Position numbers and translations under genes: made by a program
NCBI GenBank assembly: GCA_037447435.1
Contig: JBBIGR010000011.1
Location: 32,001 to 96,000, forward strand
Source: Fibrobacteria bacterium
GTDB lineage: Bacteria; Fibrobacterota; Chitinivibrionia; Chitinivibrionales; FEN-1185
Direction of reading: 5' to 3'
Length of the DNA: 64,000 bases
Notes under the pieces: model-generated
The model's database searches: none
Told to the model about the DNA's origin: nothing
The model's input: the letters and a program-made list of their open reading frames with translations, nothing else
Part shown: piece after piece, positions 10,118 to 19,510 of the stretch
Layout: the number at the start of each line of letters is the position of its first letter
Numbering within the stretch: the stretch's first letter is position 1

Positions 10118-10291
10118 CTATTCTTCTTTTTTCTTTGCATCCTGGATTTGATTCCGAATATCCTGACATATTTTTTTAATATTTTGAAGGCTTTTTCTGG
10201 CTCGAGTGCCTGCGGATTTGTTGCCTCGTTCAAACTTTTCGAATTCCGCTTTGAGAATTTCAATCTCGTCCACAAGATTTTGAAGGCCCAT
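10118..10291 (-). CDS. Histone H1-like nucleoid protein, Hc1 family (57 aa)
   Basis: Missed by track. AAGGAG RBS; MGLQNLVDEIEILKAEFEKFERGNKSAGTRARKSLQNIKKICQDIRNQIQDAKKKEE; GNK.AGTRARK signature. Confidence 0.85.
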   Translation of the reverse strand: MGLQNLVDEIEILKAEFEKFERGNKSAGTRARKSLQNIKKICQDIRNQIQDAKKKEE

Positions 10292-10382
10292 ATTTTGTTC
10301 TCCTTAATGTAAAGTTAAAGTATGATTTTTTTATTGTTTTGAATATAATAAATAATTCATGCCTGAATTTAGCAAAAAAAGA

Positions 10383-11267
10383 CTAAAACCCTCCATGAAA
10401 AAGAAAGTATGATCCGGCGGGTGATTGGGAATTTTTTAAAAAAGGAAATTTATTGACTAGCTCCCCGAATAGCAAAGACCGTAGGTATGATTCCTTTGGT
10501 TTCTTTTCTACGATAGCAGTTTTTTCAGGAAGGTTTAGAAACACTTTTAAATAGTCGGAAGCATCTTCATAACCGCCCAAAGTATCAATCAATCCGAGTT
10601 TTAAAGCTTGAGCGCCGGTAAATATCCGACCGTCGGCAATCGGCCGAATCGAATCGATATTAAGTGACCGGGCCAGACAAACGTCGGACAAAAATTGCTC
10701 ATAAATATCGCCGACTATACCCTGAAACAATTGTTTGTCTTTGGCCGTCATATCGCGTTGCGGGCTCCCAATATCTTTCATTTCCCCGGATTTTATAACC
10801 CGCATGGAAACACCGATTTTTTCCAATAGCTTATTGTATTGAGGAAATTCAACTATGGCTCCGATTGAACCGGTAATTGAGCTTGGGTTTGCAAATATTT
10901 TTGAAGCTGCACTCGCTATATAATAACCGCCGGAAGCGGCCATGTTTCCAACACTGACAAAAACCGGTTTTTTGCATTCCCGAAATTTATAAACCTCTTT
11001 GAAAATTTCTTGCGATGGTGCAGATGCGCCGCCTGGCGAATCGATACGAAGCAATACTCCTGCGATCGCATCGTCTTCACGAAAAGTGCGTAATTGTTTT
11101 ACATATGAATCAGATTCCGTAATAACGTCGGTGATTTGAACCAATCCTATTTTTTTTAAGGAAATTGGCGAATGAAAGCCGGTGTTGTCCGAAAGGATAA
11201 TCCACAATCCGATAAGGATAGGAGCGATACAGATTCCTAGAATGATAACTTTTTGCCTTTGTGTCAT
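10383..11267 (-). CDS. sppA: Signal peptide peptidase SppA (36K type)
   Basis: RIDSPGG, AASGGYYIA, TGSIG, KSGEMKD, ADGRIFTG..A..GLID. Confidence 0.93.
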   Translation of the reverse strand: MTQRQKVIILGICIAPILIGLWIILSDNTGFHSPISLKKIGLVQITDVITESDSYVKQLRTFREDDAIAGVLLRIDSPGGASAPSQEIFKEVYKFRECKKPVFVSVGNMAASGGYYIASAASKIFANPSSITGSIGAIVEFPQYNKLLEKIGVSMRVIKSGEMKDIGSPQRDMTAKDKQLFQGIVGDIYEQFLSDVCLARSLNIDSIRPIADGRIFTGAQALKLGLIDTLGGYEDASDYLKVFLNLPEKTAIVEKKPKESYLRSLLFGELVNKFPFLKNSQSPAGSYFLFHGGF

Positions 11268-11292
11268 TAAATGCCGCCCCGGAATGATAATG

Positions 11293-13428
11293 TTATGAAT
11301 TACGTTTACTCATTGGAATTCTTATGACGGCGCCGACTCGGAGCGGGGAAAATGCCGAAAGATTATTAACCTGGATCAATTCATTGACGCTGACCGAAAA
11401 GGATTGGGCCAACGAATACAGGTTGTCTCCTTTGCAAACTCGGTATAAAACTGTGTCGATTTGCGCTTGAGTCAGCCCACGTTTCGGTTCGATGGAGTAG
11501 GAAATTTTTTCACCGGCCCTGATCACCGGATTTGTGTTGTCAAGGGAGTTCCACATGACAAGACCGGAGACCGATACTCCCAGTTTTTTTGCGATAGAAT
11601 ATAATGTTTCACCTTTTTGGACCTCGTACACATGATCGCCCATACGTTTTAGGATCGAAGACCCTGCTGCGGTAGGTATCGGCTGTTGCAAAGGCTGCTT
11701 GTTCGTTCTGTTTTTTGTTGAAATCAACAATATTTCTCCTGCTCTCAAGCTTTGATTAGCAGGGATATTGTTCAATGCGCAAATGCTTTTTGCGGTCGTA
11801 TGAAATAATTTTGCAAGTTCCCATACCGTTTCGCCTCTGCGAACCCGATATCTAATTTGACTGGTCTGGGCAGAAGATACCAATTGATGTTTGGGAGAAT
11901 CATGTAACATATCTTGGGTTATCATAGCCGCTTCGGCAGTTGACATATGTAACGGTATGGGTATCAAAACGGATTGTCCGGCCGAGACCTTTGCATTTGG
12001 TCCTAAAGCGTTAATTGATTTTATTGCTTCTAAAGGGACCTTGAAAAAACGGGCAATTGAAGCAAGTTTTTGTCCCGATTTTACTTCGTAGGAATACCAC
12101 GCGACGTTAAACGCGTCGGGATCGAGAGAATACAGGGCAACAAAACGATCCTTGGTGTTTTTAGGCAAATAGAGATGAATTTGCGTCGTAGTTGGTGGGG
12201 TACACCAGTGTAAAATGTGTGGATTTATCGACCGTAATGTTTTAGCGTCGATTCCCAGGCTATCGGCAATAGCCTGCATATTTAAGCATTTATCAATAAG
12301 AACGGTGTCCAGATCGAATGTGTCCATTTGACCCGGTGTAAAACCAAAACATTGCGGATTTTTCGCGACAACCAATGCCGCTATGTATTCGGGGACATAA
12401 TGCATGGTCTCTCTAGGTAATTTTAATTGCCAATAATTTGAAGATGATGCCTTGATGCAAGCTGCGGAAACACAGTTCTCGCCGCAATTGTATGATGCAA
12501 GCGCCGTATGCCAGTCCCCGAATTGATTGTATAATTTTTTCAAATATCGAGCAGCCGAAGCAGTTGATTTTATAGGATCTCGGCGTTCATCAAGCCAATA
12601 GTCCATTCTGAGACCGTACAGCATGCCGGTGGATGCGATAAATTGCCATATTCCGGCGGCTTTGGCTCTGGAATAAGCAATAGGATTGAATCCGCTTTCG
12701 ATGAGGGGGAGATATGCCAAATCCGAAGGTAACCCGCTGTCGGAAAACATGCGCTGCATAAAAGGAAGATAGTATGCGGCTCTGGTTAACCAACTGTCAA
12801 TTGGTCCTTTTCTCCCTTTGGCGAAAAAATAAAGCGGGCGATAGACACGATCGTTAAATATGATAGGCACATTGTATGAAACTCCTTTTTGACAGGTCAA
12901 ATTCTTTAAAATCGTGCTGTCCTCAGGGGTCAGTTTTAATGTGTCAAGAGAGGAGGATAATTGCCGTTGGAATACTAATAATGATATATCTTCCGGAATG
13001 CTATCTGAATATTCCTGAGGCATTAAATCGGTATAAATTCGGGCAATATCGTCGAGGTATGATTCTGCTCCTGTAAAATTTTCATCCTGCTCCGATTTTT
13101 CATTAATTTCTTCAATGGCTTTATGGAGAAGTGCGTGAGCCTCCGCGAAGCTGTCCGATTGACAGAATTCTTCAGCACTTGCGATAAGAAAATCAATGTC
13201 TGCGACATTAGAAGAATCCGGGGTGGATTTGTTGGTAAAATTTTCTCGGGCGTTCAATGAATCCTTGATCTTTTGAGCCGCAAGAATTGAATCGATAACA
13301 GCCGTTTTAGGCTGTTTTGAATTTTTAGTAAAGGAATGTAACGTTTTTGATGAGGCGCAGCTTGCGCATAGCGAAAGGAATACTATCGCAAAACCGAATA
13401 AAATGCCTTTGAAAAAGATTTTATACAT
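11293..13428 (-). CDS. mltD: Lipoprotein lytic murein transglycosylase with four LysM domains (MltD-like)
   Basis: IESGFNP.AYSRAKAAGIWQF, ALASYNCGE, LPRETMHYVP; LysM repeats (YEVKSGQ, YRVRRGET, YEVQKGET, YRVCKGDN). Confidence 0.85.
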   Translation of the reverse strand: MYKIFFKGILFGFAIVFLSLCASCASSKTLHSFTKNSKQPKTAVIDSILAAQKIKDSLNARENFTNKSTPDSSNVADIDFLIASAEEFCQSDSFAEAHALLHKAIEEINEKSEQDENFTGAESYLDDIARIYTDLMPQEYSDSIPEDISLLVFQRQLSSSLDTLKLTPEDSTILKNLTCQKGVSYNVPIIFNDRVYRPLYFFAKGRKGPIDSWLTRAAYYLPFMQRMFSDSGLPSDLAYLPLIESGFNPIAYSRAKAAGIWQFIASTGMLYGLRMDYWLDERRDPIKSTASAARYLKKLYNQFGDWHTALASYNCGENCVSAACIKASSSNYWQLKLPRETMHYVPEYIAALVVAKNPQCFGFTPGQMDTFDLDTVLIDKCLNMQAIADSLGIDAKTLRSINPHILHWCTPPTTTQIHLYLPKNTKDRFVALYSLDPDAFNVAWYSYEVKSGQKLASIARFFKVPLEAIKSINALGPNAKVSAGQSVLIPIPLHMSTAEAAMITQDMLHDSPKHQLVSSAQTSQIRYRVRRGETVWELAKLFHTTAKSICALNNIPANQSLRAGEILLISTKNRTNKQPLQQPIPTAAGSSILKRMGDHVYEVQKGETLYSIAKKLGVSVSGLVMWNSLDNTNPVIRAGEKISYSIEPKRGLTQAQIDTVLYRVCKGDNLYSLAQSFSVSVNELIQVNNLSAFSPLRVGAVIRIPMSKRNS

Positions 13429-13512
13429 GCCGTTTCAAATTAAAAGTGTTTTCATTAAAATAACACATTTTTAATTTGAAACGGCATAATAATGTCTAGC
13501 CGTAGGAATTGT

Positions 13513-13749
13513 TTAAGGTGCCGCATGAGAAATTGATAAGGTTTTTCGACTGCTTTTTTTTGGTGAGGTAGAAAAAATGACACTCGTAAGCATATATCCT
13601 CGTTTGGAACGACACTCGGTGATTGCGGCACGAATGTTTTTTTCGATTATTGACGATTTCGAACCGCAATAATTGACAAACATACGTGTTTTCTGGGAAC
13701 AGGTGTCGTACTGTGGACATTGCGAACAGGTGATTTTAAATAGCTGCAT
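13513..13749 (-). CDS. Small Cys-rich hypothetical protein (78 aa)
   Basis: AGGAG RBS, own consensus promoter, CxxCxxxxxC..YC motif. Confidence 0.7.
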   Translation of the reverse strand: MQLFKITCSQCPQYDTCSQKTRMFVNYCGSKSSIIEKNIRAAITECRSKRGYMLTSVIFSTSPKKSSRKTLSISHAAP

Positions 13750-13814
13750 TCTGTTCTCCTGGTTAAAGAAACTGAACTATTCAACCATGATGGACGTTGT
13801 GCAGTTCTATTACA

Positions 13815-13843
13815 AGTATAACCAACTACCCGTAGTATGTCAA
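13815..13843 (-). promoter_or_regulatory. Sigma70-type promoter for the small Cys-rich gene
   Basis: Minus strand TTGACA-N17-TATACT. Confidence 0.75.
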
Positions 13844-14290
13844 GAGTTAAATACGCACAATAGATAGCGTGATTGCTATCGGCTTAAAAGGCAAAGGGTT
13901 ACTGCAATGATCTTTTTTATATAATTTATTAAACGAAGCAAATTGAATGCTATCAGTAGTTTGAATCAGGTGGACGACTTAACTGTATGGGGGGGAAAAG
14001 AAATTAAATTAGAACCTATTTAATTCATTAAAAATTAATAGGATAGGAATTTATTTATTGAATTTAAATACATTGAAATTCCAAACCCATTGAAAGGTTG
14101 GGCCACGATTACAAAAAGGGGAGTATACTCTATTCTGCAGCCTAAAATGGGTTTAGTTATGGATTCAAAAACAGCGTTTGTATTTTATTGCACATACCAA
14201 TAACCTCTTTTATATTTAAAACTCATACTATATTTCGTCAGCGGTATCATATTTCTTGCTAACACTCAATTGGTTTACATCGGAGGTTAC

Positions 14291-16381
14291 ATGAAGAAGT
14301 ACGAGGCGAATGCTATCCGCAATGTTTGCTTGCTTTCACACGGCGGTGTGGGCAAAACTTCCCTTCTTGAAGCTTTGTGTTATACGACAAAAGGTACCAA
14401 CAAATTAAATAAAGTTGCCAACGGAACCAGCATATTCGACACACGTCCCGATGAAAAAGAACGTAAAATGTCGGTTTCTATGAAGCTGGGCTTTTGTGAA
14501 TGGAATAACGTTAAGATAAATATTCTCGACACACCCGGTTTTCTTGATTTGCAAGGTGATGCAAAGGCTGCTTTACGCGTCGTTGAATCCGCCGTTGTTT
14601 TAATAAGCGCTCTTGATGGAGTGCAAGTCGGTACCGAACTCATATCTCGTTTTATAGATGAATCAAAAACGCCCAAACTGTTTTTTGTAAACGGTACGGA
14701 CAGGGATAATGTCGATTTCGAGAAAACAATCGCAAATTTAAAAGAAATGTACGGCACCCAAATAGCGCCATTATCAATACCGATCGGCGCGGGACAATCT
14801 TTTAAGGGTATCGTAGATCTTGTTACAAAAGAGGCTTTCATCTATGAACGAGAAGGCCTTGGAATCGGTAAAAAATCGGATATTCCTTCGGACATTTCCA
14901 AAATGGTAGATAGTATCCGGGCGACGCTCATGGAATCTGTTGCTGAAACGGATGAAAGTCTCATGAACAAATATTTCGAAAATGGTGAATTGACCATAGA
15001 AGAAATAAAACTCGGATTGGCAAAAGGATTTGAAGCCGGATCAATATTCCCTGTTCTTTGTGGGAGTGCAACTCTCAACATTGGAACCGATATTTTATTG
15101 AACACAATTATTTCCCTATGCCCGTCACCATTATCGAGAAAAACCATTCCTGTGCTGCAGGATGACGAAATAAAAAATCTATCATTTACCGAATCCAGTC
15201 CGGCATCGGCATTTGTTTTTAAAACAATAGCTGAAGAACATATTGGCGATTTCAATTGTGTCCGGGTATTCGGCGGAAAAATTTCAACAGGTAAAGACAT
15301 TATTAATGTAACGAGAAACAGCACCGAGCGAATTGGAAATATGTATTTCATGCGGGGACACGAACGAATAGATACACAGGAAATCGGGTTCGGCGATATC
15401 GGTGCGCTTTTAAAAATGAAAGATACCCATACGAGTGATACTTTGGCTGAAAAAGGAGTGTTGTTCGCATTTCCAAAGATTAAATTCAATGAACCATTGG
15501 TTAATGTCGCAATTGTGTCCAAAAACAAGGGCGATGAAGATAAAATCGGTTTGGGAATAGCCAAACTTCATGAAGAAGATCCGACTTTTATTTATAAATA
15601 TCATGCCGATATTAAGCAATCGGTTTTGTCTGCAATGGGCGACATTCATATCGATTTAATACTCGAAAATTTAAAGCATCGCTTTAAAGTGGAAGTCGAA
15701 AAAAAACAAACGAGAATTTCTTACCGGGAAACAATCACCAAATCTGTCAAATATGTCGAATATACTCATAAAAAACAATCGGGCGGTGCCGGTCAATATG
15801 CAAAAGTGGCCATCGATTTGGAACCCCAACAACGAGGCAAGGGATACGAATTTGTCGATAAAATTGTGGGCGGCGTCATAGACCAGTCCTTGCGGCCAAG
15901 TGTCGACAAAGGGGTTCATTCGAAGCTTGAAGAGGGGATATTGGCAGGGTATCCGATTGTCGATTTAAAAGTGTACCTTGTCGATGGAAAAACCCATCCC
16001 GTGGATTCAAAAGACATTGCTTTTCAAATAGCCGGACGGGAAGTTTTTAAAATAGCCTTTGAGCAGGCGAGCCCAATACTATTGGAACCTATTTCCGACA
16101 TGCGAATTACGGTTCCCGATGAATATACAGGAGATGTTATGGGAGATCTATCTTCGCGTCGGGGAAAAATTGGCGGCATGGAACCGGAAGGAAAAGCACA
16201 AACCATCGTAGCGAAAGTTCCCGAAGCGGAAATACAAAACTATTCCCAGGCATTGCGTGCATTATCGCAAGGACGAGGATATTTCTCCAAGTCCTTTTCC
16301 CATTACGAACCTGTTCCAGGTGACGTTGCCAAGAAAATCATCGAATCATCTAAGCATTCGATGACAGAAGTTGATGAATGA
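14291..16381 (+). CDS. fusA: Elongation factor G paralogue (EF-G2 type)
   Basis: GGAGG RBS before ATG 14291; all five EF-G domains (KKQSGGAGQYA, GILAGYP, ILLEPI); divergent G motifs; not in an rpsL-rpsG operon. Confidence 0.92.
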   Translation: MKKYEANAIRNVCLLSHGGVGKTSLLEALCYTTKGTNKLNKVANGTSIFDTRPDEKERKMSVSMKLGFCEWNNVKINILDTPGFLDLQGDAKAALRVVESAVVLISALDGVQVGTELISRFIDESKTPKLFFVNGTDRDNVDFEKTIANLKEMYGTQIAPLSIPIGAGQSFKGIVDLVTKEAFIYEREGLGIGKKSDIPSDISKMVDSIRATLMESVAETDESLMNKYFENGELTIEEIKLGLAKGFEAGSIFPVLCGSATLNIGTDILLNTIISLCPSPLSRKTIPVLQDDEIKNLSFTESSPASAFVFKTIAEEHIGDFNCVRVFGGKISTGKDIINVTRNSTERIGNMYFMRGHERIDTQEIGFGDIGALLKMKDTHTSDTLAEKGVLFAFPKIKFNEPLVNVAIVSKNKGDEDKIGLGIAKLHEEDPTFIYKYHADIKQSVLSAMGDIHIDLILENLKHRFKVEVEKKQTRISYRETITKSVKYVEYTHKKQSGGAGQYAKVAIDLEPQQRGKGYEFVDKIVGGVIDQSLRPSVDKGVHSKLEEGILAGYPIVDLKVYLVDGKTHPVDSKDIAFQIAGREVFKIAFEQASPILLEPISDMRITVPDEYTGDVMGDLSSRRGKIGGMEPEGKAQTIVAKVPEAEIQNYSQALRALSQGRGYFSKSFSHYEPVPGDVAKKIIESSKHSMTEVDE

Positions 16382-16405
16382 CCTTTTGCAAATGGTTGAA
16401 TCTTT

Positions 16406-16448
16406 GTCCCCTGCCGCTCAAAGGACCAGGGACTCTTTTTTTCTTTTT
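16406..16448 (+). terminator. Intrinsic terminator after fusA
   Basis: GTCCC.TG...CAGGGAC followed by T-rich tract. Confidence 0.6.
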
Positions 16449-16465
16449 AAGAGGTAGGTTTTAGC

Positions 16466-17509
16466 ATGTCAAGGCTTAAGACTATAGAATGGTTACACGA
16501 TAACGTTCGAATTATCGATCAAACATTGCTTCCCACAAAATTACAGTATACGGATATAAATACCATAGAAGAAATGTATGAGGCAATAAAAGTTTTGCGG
16601 GTCCGAGGTGCTCCCGCGATTGGCATAGCAGCGGCTTTTGGTTTGTTTCTTGGAATTCGAAACTGTTCCGATGATTTATCATGCCGGCAATTCGATGAAT
16701 TACTCTCTGTCAAAGCTTCATATTTAAACGAATCGCGTCCAACTGCCGTTAATTTATCTTGGGCATTAGCGAGAATGAAAGAAAAATCCGCAATTCTCGG
16801 AGATGTCTCAATTAAACTGAAAAAACAGGCACTATTGAATGAAGCGCAACTCATACTTGACGAAGACAGGAAAATGTGCAGGTCGATCGGTGAATTTGCC
16901 TATGATCTTGTAAAGGATTGTAAGGCAATTCTAACGCATTGCAACGCAGGAGGCTTAGCGACATCAGAATATGGTACAGCTTTATCATGCGTTTATATTG
17001 CAGCGGAAAAAGGGAAAAAAATCCCGGTTTACTCCGACGAAACGAGGCCATTATTGCAAGGATCGCGAATTACTGCTTTTGAACTTTCTGCGGCAGATAT
17101 TCCCGTTACCGTGATTTGCGATAATATGGCTGCAACGGTAATGGCGCGTGGTCTTGTCGATGCCGCAATTGTCGGTGCAGACAGGATAGCTGCAAATGGA
17201 GATACTGCCAATAAAATTGGAACATACGGTGTGGCTTTGTTTGCAAAAGCTCATAATATACCGTTTTATGTTGCTGCGCCATCTTCCACTTTTGATACTT
17301 CAATATCCGATGGCATCAAAATTCCGATTGAAGAAAGGGATCGCGAGGAAATTGTATGTGGATTTGGGAAACAAACCGCTCCTAAAAATGTGGCTGTTTT
17401 TAATCCTGCTTTTGATGTTACTCCGAACAATTTAATTACCGCGATCATAACTGAAAAGGGCGTTTTATATCCGCCGTATACAAAATCTATTTCATCGTTG
17501 ATCGGATAG
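16466..17509 (+). CDS. mtnA: S-methyl-5-thioribose-1-phosphate isomerase
   Basis: VRGAPAIG, RPTAVNL, LTHCNAG.LAT, ETRPLLQG, GADRIAANGDTANKIGTY, NPAFDVTP. Confidence 0.96.
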   Translation: MSRLKTIEWLHDNVRIIDQTLLPTKLQYTDINTIEEMYEAIKVLRVRGAPAIGIAAAFGLFLGIRNCSDDLSCRQFDELLSVKASYLNESRPTAVNLSWALARMKEKSAILGDVSIKLKKQALLNEAQLILDEDRKMCRSIGEFAYDLVKDCKAILTHCNAGGLATSEYGTALSCVYIAAEKGKKIPVYSDETRPLLQGSRITAFELSAADIPVTVICDNMAATVMARGLVDAAIVGADRIAANGDTANKIGTYGVALFAKAHNIPFYVAAPSSTFDTSISDGIKIPIEERDREEIVCGFGKQTAPKNVAVFNPAFDVTPNNLITAIITEKGVLYPPYTKSISSLIG

Positions 17510-17518
17510 AAAAACCAT

Positions 17519-17731
17519 ATGCCAAACGGTTCAGTAAAATGGTTTAGCGAGGGGCGCGGTCAGGGAATCATTTCAGCCGATTTAGACAAAAAAGAATTGT
17601 CGGTATCATTCAAGGATCTGATAGGACCCGGATTTAAAATGTTATTTCCAGGCCAGCGAGTTTCATTTGAGATAGTGGATACAGGCAAAGGGCTCAGCGC
17701 GATTCAGGTCATGCCAACAGATGATATTTAA
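17519..17731 (+). CDS. Cold-shock domain protein (degenerate RNP motifs)
   Basis: GSVKWF, GFKML.PGQRVSFEI..T.KG..A..V. Confidence 0.8.
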   Translation: MPNGSVKWFSEGRGQGIISADLDKKELSVSFKDLIGPGFKMLFPGQRVSFEIVDTGKGLSAIQVMPTDDI

Positions 17732-17758
17732 CAGGAATGTAGTGTAAAGTCATAAAAA

Positions 17759-18622
17759 TCAGTTGCCAATTTTATAGGTTGTTCGGAATTTCCAAAGAGG
17801 AGAACCTTTTGCAAAATGAGGCATGAGCCTGCCTCGAGCAAGGGTATGCGAAAAATAGGGTTGGCGAACTGCGCGTGCAATAATATCCTGAACCGAGTCA
17901 TATGAATATGCACCCCACAACGGTATGATATCGGCAAAATTTTTTCCTTTTAATACGTACGACGTTGCATGGGTATACCCAACTTTCTTCGCAGCATTCC
18001 AAACTCGTTCGTCAACCCGCCCGAACGGGAAAGATATGCTTGTCACTTCCTTTGCTATGATATCCTCAAGAATTCTTTTTGAATCACACAATTCTTTTAA
18101 TAATTCGGAATCCGAGAGTAACGTTAAATTTGCATGTGTCAATGTATGGCTTCCGATTTCATGCCCGAGCGAACTGATTTCAATAATTTGGCTTCTCGTT
18201 AAGTGGGTTTGCTTCGGCAATGCGTCCCATGATGATGTTTTGCCAAGAAAGCCGGCTACAGGGAATACAGTCGTTTTTATTCCATGACGCTCGCAGATGG
18301 GCAATGCTTTTGAATGAAACGTATCAAACCCGTCATCAAAAGTCATTACTATGGAATTTCGACGAGACAACGGAGGTAATGATGAAAAATGAGAAACCGT
18401 TACAAATCGAAACCCTTCACCACGAAGTCGGCAGAGAAGCGAGTCGAATTTGAATGAAGAATAATATGAACAATGCATTGCCGGAATATCAGAAATGGAA
18501 TGAAAAAGTAAACCGATGGGCCCGCTTGATCTTTTCTTTTTACCGAAAAATAAAACAGCGAGTATGCCGCATAAAAATGGAAAGGCAATAATGGAAAATA
18601 GTAATAAAAAAAGTATGTTCAT
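17759..18622 (-). CDS. Membrane-anchored polysaccharide deacetylase (CE4/NodB)
   Basis: N-terminal TM, TFDDG, HEIGSHTLTH, SFPFG. Confidence 0.88.
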   Translation of the reverse strand: MNILFLLLFSIIAFPFLCGILAVLFFGKKKRSSGPIGLLFHSISDIPAMHCSYYSSFKFDSLLCRLRGEGFRFVTVSHFSSLPPLSRRNSIVMTFDDGFDTFHSKALPICERHGIKTTVFPVAGFLGKTSSWDALPKQTHLTRSQIIEISSLGHEIGSHTLTHANLTLLSDSELLKELCDSKRILEDIIAKEVTSISFPFGRVDERVWNAAKKVGYTHATSYVLKGKNFADIIPLWGAYSYDSVQDIIARAVRQPYFSHTLARGRLMPHFAKGSPLWKFRTTYKIGN

Positions 18623-18643
18623 TCGATGAAAATGACGGAAGAC

Positions 18644-19510
18644 TTAATGGTTTTGTTGACGGTTAAAAATTTTCGACAATAGATTGGAATCGTTCTTTTT
18701 CTTTGCGCCGGTAGCGCCTTGTCTTGCTTTGTTTTTAAGAAAATTTACCGATGTGTAATACAGATATTCGGTATTGCTTGGCGGCGGAACACTGCCTGTT
18801 TTTATGGGTGAGCCGCTATTTGAAATGCTTTTTTCAAGCTCTGATGTCGTAGTTGGAACCTGTTCCGAAACCTTGGCTGGAGTTTCTTGAATCGTAAATT
18901 TTTGGGTCGCGGGAGGGTTCGGATGTCCGGCGGCAATTTCATCGGGATTAACCAGATTTTTTTTCCCGATATTTTCCGTTTGCTGTGTCTGAGATTGCAA
19001 AGATGATTGTTGCTCGGGGTTAAAAAAGGAATCAATTCCTTTTTCAACATCATCATCTGACATGGTTAAAGAAGGCATTGCCACAGGGCCAGAAAGCATT
19101 GTTTCTATATTTTGTTTAATTGCAAATAGTGCCGCTTTCAGTTCCTCTATATGGCGAGCAACGCTTGAAGAAACAGCCGATAAGGAAATTTGGCGGTCAA
19201 ATATAGCTGCACAAATCGTGTCGTCGTCGACAAGCGTGATAAGAAGATTTTTTGTTTTTCCGCAGTGAGACATCATGCTGAATTCCTTTTCGCCAATAAG
19301 GCCAGCAATTCCCTGCGTGGAAGCGAAGCTTCCAACAATGAGGGCAGCAAGTGCGGACATGTCGAAAAGGGCCAACGTTCCCTGGCTGGCAAGAAGCCTT
19401 GTATCTTTATTAACAAGGATCGCCGACAGGATCTTCGTCTCAAAAACAAGACTTTGCAGAATCGAATTCAACCTGTCGATGTCTTCCTTGTAAAGGATGA
19501 CGTCGCTCAT
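18644..19510 (-). CDS. mglB: MglB-like Roadblock/LC7 protein with long C-terminal tail
   Basis: [22 protein letters not shown] motif; ATGA overlap with mglA. Confidence 0.82.
   Translation of the reverse strand: MSDVILYKEDIDRLNSILQSLVFETKILSAILVNKDTRLLASQGTLALFDMSALAALIVGSFASTQGIAGLIGEKEFSMMSHCGKTKNLLITLVDDDTICAAIFDRQISLSAVSSSVARHIEELKAALFAIKQNIETMLSGPVAMPSLTMSDDDVEKGIDSFFNPEQQSSLQSQTQQTENIGKKNLVNPDEIAAGHPNPPATQKFTIQETPAKVSEQVPTTTSELEKSISNSGSPIKTGSVPPPSNTEYLYYTSVNFLKNKARQGATGAKKKNDSNLLSKIFNRQQNH

Noticed and set aside
13850..14270. Long AT-rich intergenic region as ncRNA or origin
   Set aside because: Only a short hairpin and a G run; no recognisable riboswitch, DnaA-box cluster or repeats
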